From contig JBDRIE010000033.1 of the NCBI GenBank assembly GCA_043816165.1, positions 7,064 through 71,063 on the forward strand: DNA of 64,000 nucleotides, written 5' to 3'. Numbering within the stretch: position 1 is the first letter of the stretch; each line of letters starts with the position of its first letter. Shown here piece by piece: positions 21,898 to 31,669 of the stretch. The notes below the pieces were generated by a model. It worked only from the letters and a program-made list of their open reading frames with translations, was not told where the DNA came from and did no database searches. The DNA comes from Nitrospirota bacterium. Lineage in GTDB: Bacteria > Patescibacteriota > Gracilibacteria > UBA1369 > LOWO2-01-FULL-3. A program made the position numbers and the translations under genes.

Positions 21898-22200
21898 ATG
21901 GAAGTTCGCATCGTAAAACAAGACGGCGGAGCAGGATTCCTCTCAAAAGTAACAGGAATACTATTCGGAATATTCCTCACAAGTATAATCTTCGCATTCT
22001 CAATCCGAATCCTCGAAGAAACCGGAATCTATATAGGCTTGGCGTTCACAATCCTAATTGTCATCCTAGGCTTCCTCAAAACCAAACCAAAATCCACCCT
22101 CCGAATGATCACCTGGGGAATAGCAACAACAGTCGTAGTAGGAGTAATCCTCTATGTAGTCGGAATAGCAATTATTTCAGAAATGTTGAAAGACTTCTAA
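21898..22200 (+). CDS. Small three-TM membrane protein
   Basis: Three hydrophobic segments; codon usage like neighbouring genes. Confidence 0.7.
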   Translation: MEVRIVKQDGGAGFLSKVTGILFGIFLTSIIFAFSIRILEETGIYIGLAFTILIVILGFLKTKPKSTLRMITWGIATTVVVGVILYVVGIAIISEMLKDF

Positions 22201-22212
22201 CACACGAATCCC

Positions 22213-24408
22213 TCAATCCACCAAAATCTTCCTCGGCTTTGCTCCATCAGACGGCCCGACTATTCCATTGTCTTCCAACAAATCAACCAACCGTGCCGCT
22301 CTCGCATACCCCACCTTCAACCTACGCTGAAACAACGAAGCTGAAGCTTTCCTGGTCTCCTGGACCAACTGAAACGCCGCCTCATACAAACTATCATCAT
22401 CCACACCCGCCTTCGAATCCGGAATACCATTAAGTTTCTGCCTAGCAGTATCGGAAGAAGTAATATTCTCATTATAATCAGGCTCGATAGTAAGTTTAAT
22501 CCTATTAGTTATGCGCTCAATCTCCTCGGTTGAAACAAAAATTCCCTGAACACGAAGCGGCTTGTTCTGACCGGTAGGCAAATAAAGCATATCTCCCCTA
22601 CCAACCAAATCCTCAGCCCCACCTCCATCCAAAATAGTACGAGAATCGATTGAACTACTAACCGCAAACGCGATCCTACACGGAATATTCGCTTTAATCA
22701 GCCCCGTGATCACATCCACAGAAGGTCTTTGTGTCGCAATTATCAAATGAATTCCAACCGCACGCGCCATCTGCGCAATTCTACAAATCGCCGCCTCAAC
22801 CTCCTTACCCGCAGCCATCATCAAATCCGCCAACTCATCTACAACCACAATTATCCTCGCCATCCTCGTAATTTTATCCAAATCGTTATATTCCTGAACA
22901 TTTCTAACCCTCTTATCCTGCAATTCCCCATACCTTCGTGTCATTTCCGCAACCACCCATCGCAAAGATACAGCCGCTTTCTCCGGATCTGTAATCACAG
23001 GCGTAAGCAGATGAGGAATATTGTTATAAGAACTAAGCTCGACTCTTTTCGGATCAATCATAATTAATCGAAGATCCTGAGGTGAATTTTGATATAGCAA
23101 AGAACAAAGAAACGTATTCATGGCAACAGATTTACCACTTCCCGTAGCACCTGCAATCAACATATGAGGCATATTTTCCAAATTCGCAATTACCGGTCGC
23201 CCGGAAACATCACGCCCAAGCGGCAAAGTAAGTTTTGACTTTGAACTCGTAAACTCACTACTCTCCAAAATTTCCCGAAGATAAACAGTAGCACGATATG
23301 TATTTGGCACCTCAATTCCAACCAAAGATTTTCCAGGAATCGGAGCCTCAATACGAATCCTTTCCGCAGCCAAAGCCAACGCCAGGTCATTCTTCAACGT
23401 CGTAATTTTCGACAACTTCACCCCCTCGTGAGGCTTCAGCGTATATTGAACCACAGTCGGTCCAACATTCACCTCCTTCATAGTCACATCGATTCCAAAC
23501 TGCATCAGTTTCGCCTTTATCTTGTCCGCACACTCCCTCAAAATATCTTCATCTATCTCAACATGACTATCTCCATCTTTCAATAAATCCAACGAAGGAA
23601 ATTCCCACTCGAAATCATCATCAATTGTTGTTTGTTCCGCCGCCTGAGCCAAAGATTTTTCAACATCAGACTCATCATTCTTCTCTGCGCCTCCTGGAAC
23701 TACTTCCACCGGTGCGTGCTCCCTTATCTTATTTTTATGAATTAAAATCTCCGGAACCCCGTCATCCTCCTCATTATCCATAATTCCTCTCGCTGTTCTA
23801 CCTCTTGAAGCCTTTTCCTTAGCCATCTCAATCTTAATTTCCGGAATAATGTATCGAACAATTTCTCCCAATGAAAGTTCGAATAATAGTAATAATGATA
23901 TCAAAAATATCGCTGTGAAAATAATCGTAGCCGCAATTTGTCCAACTCCGGCAACCTCAAGCAACAAAAAGTTCGTCACAAACCCAACATATCCACCATA
24001 TTCACCCAAAGCGGCATACTTTAGAATACTCTCTACCGGTACAGACAAATGAAACACACTCAAAATCGAAACTATAAATAAAGTCAGTCCCAATATCTTC
24101 GTCGCACCAAAATGAACCTTCCTTGAAATAAACAACATCGCCGAAATCAAAATAAAAACTCCGGGAATTACATAAATTCCCCACCCAAAGATCGGCTTAA
24201 GCAAGCTCACAAACCCATCCCCTATAATTCCAAACGCCCCCTGAAGACTTAAAATAGTCAAAATCCCGGCAGCCAAATAAATAACTGCCCAAATCTCTCT
24301 AGCAATAGTAGGTTTCACTTTCAAACTAACTTTGTTCCTTCGAACCGCTCTTCGCGAAGTTCGTCTTGTGGTAGTTCTTCGTCTTGCTGTTCGCCTTCGT
24401 GGAGCCAT
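22213..24408 (-). CDS. ftsK: DNA translocase FtsK/SpoIIIE
   Basis: N-terminal TMs, GATGSGKS, VVVDELADLM, ATQRPSVDVITG, gamma domain QRRLKVGYARAAR. Confidence 0.97.
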   Translation of the reverse strand: MAPRRRTARRRTTTRRTSRRAVRRNKVSLKVKPTIAREIWAVIYLAAGILTILSLQGAFGIIGDGFVSLLKPIFGWGIYVIPGVFILISAMLFISRKVHFGATKILGLTLFIVSILSVFHLSVPVESILKYAALGEYGGYVGFVTNFLLLEVAGVGQIAATIIFTAIFLISLLLLFELSLGEIVRYIIPEIKIEMAKEKASRGRTARGIMDNEEDDGVPEILIHKNKIREHAPVEVVPGGAEKNDESDVEKSLAQAAEQTTIDDDFEWEFPSLDLLKDGDSHVEIDEDILRECADKIKAKLMQFGIDVTMKEVNVGPTVVQYTLKPHEGVKLSKITTLKNDLALALAAERIRIEAPIPGKSLVGIEVPNTYRATVYLREILESSEFTSSKSKLTLPLGRDVSGRPVIANLENMPHMLIAGATGSGKSVAMNTFLCSLLYQNSPQDLRLIMIDPKRVELSSYNNIPHLLTPVITDPEKAAVSLRWVVAEMTRRYGELQDKRVRNVQEYNDLDKITRMARIIVVVDELADLMMAAGKEVEAAICRIAQMARAVGIHLIIATQRPSVDVITGLIKANIPCRIAFAVSSSIDSRTILDGGGAEDLVGRGDMLYLPTGQNKPLRVQGIFVSTEEIERITNRIKLTIEPDYNENITSSDTARQKLNGIPDSKAGVDDDSLYEAAFQLVQETRKASASLFQRRLKVGYARAARLVDLLEDNGIVGPSDGAKPRKILVD

Positions 24409-24496
24409 AATATAAGAATTTACATGTGAAATGATTATACAAAAATACTCTTTTTTTAGCTAGGGATAATGTATAGAATAGAATAAAATACTCACC

Positions 24497-25954
24497 ATGA
24501 TCAAAACACGTTTTGCACCATCACCAACAGGATATTTGCACGTAGGAGGACTGCGAACTGCGCTCTACTGCTATCTTTTTGCACGAAAAAATAAAGGAAA
24601 ATACCTATTAAGAATAGAAGACACCGACCAAGAACGTTATGTGGAAGATGCGGAAGAAAGCCTAATCAAAACCCTGGAATGGGTTGGGCTTCATCACGAT
24701 GAAGGCCCTTTCAGACAATCGGAAAGAACCGAAATTTACAAAGAACATGCACAAAAACTAATCGATTCCGGGCACGCTTACAGATGTTTTTGCTCAAAAG
24801 AACGACTCGACGAGATGAGAGAAAAGCAAATGCAACGCAAACAAGCAACAATGTACGACAGAAAATGCGCTGACCTACCGGAATCTGAAGTAAAAGCCAA
24901 AATGGAAGCGGGTGAATCTTTCGTAATTCGCCAAAAAATGCCATACACCACTATAAAATTCAAAGATTTAGTACGAGGAAACGTTCAATTCGACGGAAAA
25001 ACCGTAGACGATAGCGTTTTGATGAAATCCGATGGATTTCCAACATATCACCTGGCAAATGTTGTCGACGACCACTTAATGGAAATCACACATGTAATAA
25101 GAGGCGAAGAATGGCTTCCCTCCACACCAAAACACATCGCACTCTACAACGCATTTGGTTGGGAAATCCCGGAATTTGCCCACCTCCCCTTACTCCTAAA
25201 CCAGGACAAAACGAAATTATCAAAACGACAAGGAGATGTTGCGGTCGAAGACTATATAAAAAAAGGCTACAGCAAAGAAGCCATCACCAACTTCGTAGCA
25301 TTTCTCGGTTGGAACCCGGGAGGTGGTGAAGAAAAAGAAATTTATACGTTAAAAGAGCTCGAAGAAGTATTTTCACTAGAAAAAGTCCACAAAGCAGGTG
25401 CAGTTTTCAATATTGAAAAACTGGATTGGTTCAATTGGAGATGGGAAAAAGAAAATTTTGCAAAAGAAACTGCAAATATGACCCCGGAACAGAAAGCGGA
25501 AAAATTACTGAAAAAATGTGAACAATATTTATCTCCAGATCAGAAAAAAGATAAAGAAAAATTACTAAAAGCGGTCCTCATAGTCGAAGAAAAAATTCTA
25601 AAAGACCCGAAAGAGACTGCCACCAACATCGATTTCTATTTCAATCTACCGGAATATAACAAAGAATTATTGACTCATGAAAAAATGATGGTAGACTTTA
25701 ATCAGGCACTTTTAGCTCTTGAAAAAGCACAAGAAGACTTACAAAAACTCGACAATTGGACGAAAGAGTCATTGAAACAAACATTACTCGAAACCGTTCA
25801 AGCACTCGGGGCAAAGAACGGACAAGTTTTCTGGCCACTACGATCGGCACTCACAGGAGTTCAATTCTCACCAGGAGTGTTCGAATCCGCCTGGATACTG
25901 GGAAAAGAAGAAACGCTCAATCGAATCGAAACCGCAATTAACAAACTAAAATGA
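24497..25954 (+). CDS. gltX: Glutamate--tRNA ligase
   Basis: RFAPSPTGYLHVGG, KLSKR. Confidence 0.97.
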   Translation: MIKTRFAPSPTGYLHVGGLRTALYCYLFARKNKGKYLLRIEDTDQERYVEDAEESLIKTLEWVGLHHDEGPFRQSERTEIYKEHAQKLIDSGHAYRCFCSKERLDEMREKQMQRKQATMYDRKCADLPESEVKAKMEAGESFVIRQKMPYTTIKFKDLVRGNVQFDGKTVDDSVLMKSDGFPTYHLANVVDDHLMEITHVIRGEEWLPSTPKHIALYNAFGWEIPEFAHLPLLLNQDKTKLSKRQGDVAVEDYIKKGYSKEAITNFVAFLGWNPGGGEEKEIYTLKELEEVFSLEKVHKAGAVFNIEKLDWFNWRWEKENFAKETANMTPEQKAEKLLKKCEQYLSPDQKKDKEKLLKAVLIVEEKILKDPKETATNIDFYFNLPEYNKELLTHEKMMVDFNQALLALEKAQEDLQKLDNWTKESLKQTLLETVQALGAKNGQVFWPLRSALTGVQFSPGVFESAWILGKEETLNRIETAINKLK

Positions 25955-26283
25955 ATTATCCGGAAATCAAAAATGTGATAAGACACCTCAAACGTACATG
26001 CAAATGCCTTAACTGCGAAGGTAAATTCAATTACGATGATATAAACGTTATCGCTACCACAAACATTGAGGGCCTTTTTGAAACAAGATGTAAAAATTGC
26101 GAAAGCTCAACAATAGTAACAGTGATGCTGGAGCCAAACGTCGAAATTAAAAAAGAGAAACTTAGAGAAACCACCCCATATAGAATTCATGGAAAAATTT
26201 CTGAGAACGAAGTCCTGGATATGAAAAACTTCCTAAACAAATTTGACGGGGATTTTAAAAAAATCTTTACCAAATCAAAATGA
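25951..26283 (+). CDS. Hypothetical Zn-ribbon protein
   Basis: CLNC...CKNC pairs; start overlaps the gltX stop. Confidence 0.7.
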   Translation: MNYPEIKNVIRHLKRTCKCLNCEGKFNYDDINVIATTNIEGLFETRCKNCESSTIVTVMLEPNVEIKKEKLRETTPYRIHGKISENEVLDMKNFLNKFDGDFKKIFTKSK

Positions 26284-26534
26284 AAAAACTAATCACATTC
26301 CTACTCTTTGGAGCTTTCATCCTAAGCTCTTCCGCTTGCGCGCTTACAGACAAAACACAAGAACTGGGAGAAAACATCGTAGATTCGTATGAAAATGTTG
26401 CAGAAGAAGTTGGAGAAGTTTACGAAGACCTTAAGGATAAAAAAGAAAGCGCAGAAGAAACTGTCGACGACCTTAAAAACGCCACGGAAAAATTAGGAGA
26501 AGCGGCTGATGCAATCAAAGAGATAACAGATTAA
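26280..26534 (+). CDS. Small acidic helical lipoprotein-like protein
   Basis: Signal peptide ending SSAC, then an amphipathic acidic helix. Confidence 0.7.
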   Translation: MKKLITFLLFGAFILSSSACALTDKTQELGENIVDSYENVAEEVGEVYEDLKDKKESAEETVDDLKNATEKLGEAADAIKEITD

Positions 26535-26541
26535 TTTCCCG

Positions 26542-27210
26542 ATGCTAAAGTGCCAACTTCACACCCACTCCGGAGAAGACCCAAAAGACAAGATCTCTTA
26601 TTCAGAAAGAGATTTGATTTTTCAGGCGGCCAAATTAAACTACGACGTTTTGGCAATCACTTGCCACGACAAAGTTGTTTTTAACAAAAACCTCAGAAAA
26701 TTTGCTGAAAAAAAAGGGATTTTATTAATACCGGGAATAGAGTTATCCATCAAAAAAACTCACAACCTAATTCTAAACCCAACAAGCGAAATTCTCGAAG
26801 TTGAAACCTTCAAGGACCTTCGCAATTACAAAAAGCGTCATCCGGAATGCCTCATCATCGCACCACACCCATTCTTCCCCACAAGTAAATCTCTGAAAAA
26901 AAATCTAATCGACAATATAGATCTCTACGACGCAATCGAATATTCATTCTGCTACACAAAAACAAAAAACTACAACACACCGGCAGTCGCACTCGCAAAA
27001 AGATGGAAAAAACCAATCATCGCTACCTCCGACTGCCACATCCTCAAATACTTAGACTCCGGATATACTGAGCTTGAAGCCGAAAAATCCATCCCATCAA
27101 TCTTCAAAGCAATCAAACAAAACCTAATCAAAAATCACACTCAACCAATCTCCTACTTCACTATCTTTAAGATCCTCGCTAAACTCTGCTGGGGCAAATT
27201 TTCTAAATAA
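26542..27210 (+). CDS. PHP-family metallophosphoesterase
   Basis: LHTHS, AITCH, PGIE, APHPF, SDCH. Confidence 0.9.
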   Translation: MLKCQLHTHSGEDPKDKISYSERDLIFQAAKLNYDVLAITCHDKVVFNKNLRKFAEKKGILLIPGIELSIKKTHNLILNPTSEILEVETFKDLRNYKKRHPECLIIAPHPFFPTSKSLKKNLIDNIDLYDAIEYSFCYTKTKNYNTPAVALAKRWKKPIIATSDCHILKYLDSGYTELEAEKSIPSIFKAIKQNLIKNHTQPISYFTIFKILAKLCWGKFSK

Positions 27211-27300
27211 TCCAAAACCTAAACGTAGACAAAATTTGATTTTTCCGTTATAATATACAAATGGAACTATGCGAAAAATGATCAAAAAACCAAAACAAAA

Positions 27301-29007
27301 ATGAAAAACTTACAAATATCTCTTTTCAATTCGATTACAAAAATCTCAAAAGAATCCAGGTTAGTGCCTGTACTTGGAGAAGCTCTCAGTGCAGGAATAA
27401 AAAAAATAGCGACAGATGAAACAATCCACAAACAAGCCAAATCTGAAAAACTCAAAAAAGCAACAAAACAAAAATTAAGTAGCGATAGAAAAAAACTGAT
27501 GGAAGACCCCGCCGCCACACTAACAATACCAAAAACTCCGCAAAAGAAAACACCAAGTCCTTCTAAAGATTTTTTTAAATCTTTACGAAAAGCTATCCCA
27601 TTAAGTTATAATTCCTTCAGCCATTTTGATGGCGAAAAAGGATTAAAAAAACTTATTGACCTTAGACCCAAAGGTTTTTTCTTAAATACGGACAAATTAA
27701 AAAAAGAAGCCCCAAATTTATTTGAAAAACTTTTCAATTATGCCCTGGAAAAATTAAAAGCAAGAGACCTTTTTAACGCATCGTTTTTCCGCAAATTGGA
27801 AAAAGTTTTAATACAAACAGGTAAAGCAAAAAAACTGGAAAAATTAAGAAAAAAAAGAAAACTCACACAAAAAGTCCTGAAACATGTATCAGAAAATTTT
27901 TTAAAGAGATCCAAGAAACTCTTTACAAAAATAACTAAAGAACTGGTTACCAAAACCGAAATGACCCCAACAAAAAGAAGATACATATTAAAAACTTTCG
28001 ATAAAGAAATGCCCCTTCTAGTAAAAAGAAACCTTTTAAAGGATATTTCCATCCAAAATTTTTACAAAATATCCCATAAATGGTTGAATAAATTTATACC
28101 CTCAGACAAAAATTCGGATCGCAAAAAATCAGAATTTATCATCAGAATCGCAAGAAATCTTTACTTGGAAAAAAAATCAATAAATAAACAAAATGTTCAA
28201 AATGAATATTTGGATATAATAGCCTCCCAAAAACAAAATGAAAAAACAACAATTTACCAAAAAAGGAATATAATATTCCTCGCAAATAACGAAAAATCTA
28301 AAAACGGACAATCAAGATTTAGAAATCCAGCAATAATATCATCAATAAGAACACAGGGAGGTATTTTACCGGAAAACAAAATATTAATGGGAGAAAACAA
28401 TAAGCAAGATCTATTAAAGAAAAAAAACAACTTTTTGACCTTTCTAAGTAACACAAAAGGACCATTAACAGCACATATTAACGCCCACGGAGGACCTAAT
28501 GCAATATACTTATCAGGAGGACAATTAGTAAACGGAAAAATTGGAGAATCCAAATATGATGTAAAAATAACCTATAAAGAAATTGCGAACGCTTTGATAC
28601 AAAGAAACAAAAATTTTCCTCAGGAAAAACCCCCAATATTAATTTTCGACACCTGCTATAATCATACGATTATGAGAAAAATTTATGCGGAAATAAAAGG
28701 AAAAACGCATCCTCCTATAACAATAGGAGCTTCTGAATATAACCAATTTTCTATCATCGACTCAACAAATAAATACGGATCCACATTCAATCAATACGCA
28801 CTAAAAATGCAAACAGCCACAAAAGACAATCCGTTAAGAATTAAAGATATAATTAAAAATCAATATTTAAGTGATACAAATGTCACTATTTACGTACCAA
28901 CCTTCCAAGGAAAAATCAAACAAATAGTAGAAAAAAGAAGAATACGAAGAAAAAAACAATTAAGACTACCCGGAAGACCACCAATCGACGAAACGGCAAA
29001 TGTTTAA
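27301..29007 (+). CDS. Lys-rich protein with probable C-terminal caspase-like (clan CD) peptidase domain
   Basis: AHINAHGG (H396) and ILIFDTC (C452), then ITIGAS..QFS..GSTF; very AT-rich. The ORF is secure, the function is inferred. Confidence 0.6.
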   Translation: MKNLQISLFNSITKISKESRLVPVLGEALSAGIKKIATDETIHKQAKSEKLKKATKQKLSSDRKKLMEDPAATLTIPKTPQKKTPSPSKDFFKSLRKAIPLSYNSFSHFDGEKGLKKLIDLRPKGFFLNTDKLKKEAPNLFEKLFNYALEKLKARDLFNASFFRKLEKVLIQTGKAKKLEKLRKKRKLTQKVLKHVSENFLKRSKKLFTKITKELVTKTEMTPTKRRYILKTFDKEMPLLVKRNLLKDISIQNFYKISHKWLNKFIPSDKNSDRKKSEFIIRIARNLYLEKKSINKQNVQNEYLDIIASQKQNEKTTIYQKRNIIFLANNEKSKNGQSRFRNPAIISSIRTQGGILPENKILMGENNKQDLLKKKNNFLTFLSNTKGPLTAHINAHGGPNAIYLSGGQLVNGKIGESKYDVKITYKEIANALIQRNKNFPQEKPPILIFDTCYNHTIMRKIYAEIKGKTHPPITIGASEYNQFSIIDSTNKYGSTFNQYALKMQTATKDNPLRIKDIIKNQYLSDTNVTIYVPTFQGKIKQIVEKRRIRRKKQLRLPGRPPIDETANV

Positions 29008-29047
29008 TCATCTTGCTCCGCCCCCTCTTTCATATTATGATTCAAGC

Positions 29048-29998
29048 ATGCACTCCTTCATTCGCAAAATTCGAAATCAAGCTAAAAAAAATCCTAAGCA
29101 CATTGTCTTTCCCGAAGGTGAAGATGAGAGAGTTCAGAAAGCGACAAAAATAATAATCAAAGAAGGTATTGCAAAAATAACACTCCTGGGAAACCCCAAG
29201 AAAATTAAGCCAATAAAAAATGTTGAGATAATTGACCCAAAAACTTCAGAACTCAAAGACTCTTTTGCAAAAGAATTAGTAAAATTACGAAAATCAAAAG
29301 GCCTCACTCCCCCACAAGCTCGTGAACTGCTAAAAGACATGAATTATTTTGGAACAATGATGGTTCATATGGACTTAGCCGATGGAATGGTAACCGGAAC
29401 TACAAATTCAACAGCTGATTCTATAAGACCGGCACTCCAGATCATCAAAACTGAAGAAAAATTTCACAAAGTTTCCGGAGTTTTCTTCATGGTTTTAGAA
29501 AAAAGACTGCTTCTATTTGCAGATGCAGCAATCACAGTCGAGCCAGACGCCCACGCACTTGTGGACATAGCAATCGACACAGCTGAAACCGCCAAAAAGT
29601 TTGGCATTAAGCCAAAAGTAGCCCTCCTCTCCTTCTCCACAAAAGGCTCAGCCGCGCACCCAAAACTCGACAAAATACGAGAAGCTCTAAATATGATAAA
29701 ATACAAACGACCAAAACTAATAGTAGACGGAGAACTGCAAGTCGACGCGGCACTAGTCCCGGAAGTAGCAAAGAAAAAATGTCCAAAATCCCCAATAAAA
29801 GGTGATGCAAACGTACTCATTTTCCCGGATTTGGAATCATCAAACATCGCATACAAACTGGTAGAACGACTCGCAAAAGCTCGTGCAATCGGACCACTAC
29901 TCCAAGGACTAAAAAAACCGGTGAACGACCTATCTCGAGGATGTAATTACAATGATATAGTAAACGTAACCGCTTTCACCAGTTGTGAATGTAAATAA
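29048..29998 (+). CDS. pta: Phosphate acetyltransferase
   Basis: IVFPEGEDER, LSFSTKGS, DGELQVDAA, PVNDLSRGC. Start at ATG 29048, after TTGCTC-N17-TATGAT. Confidence 0.95.
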   Translation: MHSFIRKIRNQAKKNPKHIVFPEGEDERVQKATKIIIKEGIAKITLLGNPKKIKPIKNVEIIDPKTSELKDSFAKELVKLRKSKGLTPPQARELLKDMNYFGTMMVHMDLADGMVTGTTNSTADSIRPALQIIKTEEKFHKVSGVFFMVLEKRLLLFADAAITVEPDAHALVDIAIDTAETAKKFGIKPKVALLSFSTKGSAAHPKLDKIREALNMIKYKRPKLIVDGELQVDAALVPEVAKKKCPKSPIKGDANVLIFPDLESSNIAYKLVERLAKARAIGPLLQGLKKPVNDLSRGCNYNDIVNVTAFTSCECK

Positions 29999-30008
29999 TT
30001 CCCCTCCT

Positions 30009-30500
30009 ATGACAGAAATTGACTCACCAAACATTCCGGCATACCAAAGAAAAAGATCTCTAGCTGCAAAAGCTAGAAAATCGACTACGCGAACTCGAAA
30101 AAAAACTCCTGCTAAGCCAAAAAAAGTTACACGGAGAAGACCTGTAGAAGTTGAAGAAATGACAATTGCTGACGCAATTCAAGAGAGTAAATTCGAAAAT
30201 CCTACTGATATTTTCAAGCCAAAAAGAACAACCACACCCGGAGTCCGTGAAATGAAAATTTGCGGACACTGCGATGGTTTTTTCGACAAAATTAATGTCG
30301 GAGTTATTAAACTCACAAGCTCTCTGCGAGTCGGAGACATCATAATTTTCGAAAAAGATGAGGGTCTCTTTGAACAAGAGATCACTTCAATGCAAATAAA
30401 CAGACAAGACGTGACAATTGCACACGCAGGTGACGATATTGGGCTTAAAATAGCTATGAAACCAAAGGTGGGAACGCCTGTTTATAAAGTGTTAACATGA
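30009..30500 (+). CDS. Basic N-tail plus EF-Tu domain-2-like beta-barrel protein
   Basis: FFDKINVGVIKL..LRVGD..QEITSMQIN..AHAGDDIGLK. Confidence 0.7.
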   Translation: MTEIDSPNIPAYQRKRSLAAKARKSTTRTRKKTPAKPKKVTRRRPVEVEEMTIADAIQESKFENPTDIFKPKRTTTPGVREMKICGHCDGFFDKINVGVIKLTSSLRVGDIIIFEKDEGLFEQEITSMQINRQDVTIAHAGDDIGLKIAMKPKVGTPVYKVLT

Positions 30501-31669
30501 AAATCCTCGTAATAAATGCCGGCTCTTCTTCAATAAAATCCAAACTTTTTGAAAAAAAGAAGGATCTTGAACCCATTGCAAAATTTCACATCGACGGAAT
30601 TGGATTAAAACAATGCAAATTGATTTTTAAATCTGAAAATAAAAATATTGGACTCAAACAAAAAGTAAAAAATCACGAAGAAGGAATAAAATTATTATTA
30701 AAAACTTTGAAAGACACGGGAACAATAGAAAATTTGAAAGAAATAGAAGTAGTTGGACACAGAGTTGTCCATGGCGGAGAAAAGTACAGCGAACCAGTAA
30801 AAATCGATGCACGAGTAATCAAAACTATCGACGAACTTTCATCGCTTGCTCCCCTACACAACCCCGCAAACCTTCAAGCAATAAAAGCATGCAAAAAACT
30901 AATCAAACATGCTCCTCAAATTGCAATTTTTGACACGGCATTCCACCAAACAATGCCGGAAAAAGCATATCTTTATGGACTTCCGTACGAATATTACAAA
31001 AAACACAACATCAGAAGGTATGGATTCCACGGAACCAGCCACAAATATGTAACCGAAACAGCAATCAAAATCTTAAAGAAAAAAAATCTAAAAATAATCT
31101 CCTGCCACATAGGCAACGGATCCTCAATAACCGCATCAATAAACGGAAAATCCGTAGACACAAGTATGGGCTTCACACCACTTGAAGGCGTCATGATGGG
31201 CACAAGATCCGGTTCAATCGACCCGGCAATCATCCTTCACCTCCAAAAAGAACTCAAAATGAAACCCGACGCAATAGACAACCTACTAAATCACGAATCC
31301 GGACTCAAAGGGTTTTCAGAAATCAGCTCGGACATGCGAAATATCTACGCAAAATATAAAGAAAAAGATCCACGCGCCATCCTAACCATCGAAACTCTCT
31401 CTTATCAAATCGCAAAATACCTCGGTGCATACACAGCCGCAATGGATGGACTGGACGCAATCATCTTCACAGGTGGTCTCGGGGAAAAAGCGTTTTACGT
31501 AAGGGAAAAAGCATGCTCCTACCTAAACCACTCAGGACTAAAACTCAACTCAAAAAAGAACGAAAACTGCGAACAATTAATCTCCGACAGCAAAAGCAAA
31601 ATAAAAGTCTTCGTAATTCCAACCAATGAGGAAAAAGAGATCGCTTCACAAGCCCTAAGAGCCGCTTAA
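30497..31669 (+). CDS. ackA: Acetate kinase
   Basis: INAGSSSIK, GHRVVHGG, APLHN, YGFHGTSH, TNEE. Confidence 0.97.
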   Translation: MKILVINAGSSSIKSKLFEKKKDLEPIAKFHIDGIGLKQCKLIFKSENKNIGLKQKVKNHEEGIKLLLKTLKDTGTIENLKEIEVVGHRVVHGGEKYSEPVKIDARVIKTIDELSSLAPLHNPANLQAIKACKKLIKHAPQIAIFDTAFHQTMPEKAYLYGLPYEYYKKHNIRRYGFHGTSHKYVTETAIKILKKKNLKIISCHIGNGSSITASINGKSVDTSMGFTPLEGVMMGTRSGSIDPAIILHLQKELKMKPDAIDNLLNHESGLKGFSEISSDMRNIYAKYKEKDPRAILTIETLSYQIAKYLGAYTAAMDGLDAIIFTGGLGEKAFYVREKACSYLNHSGLKLNSKKNENCEQLISDSKSKIKVFVIPTNEEKEIASQALRAA

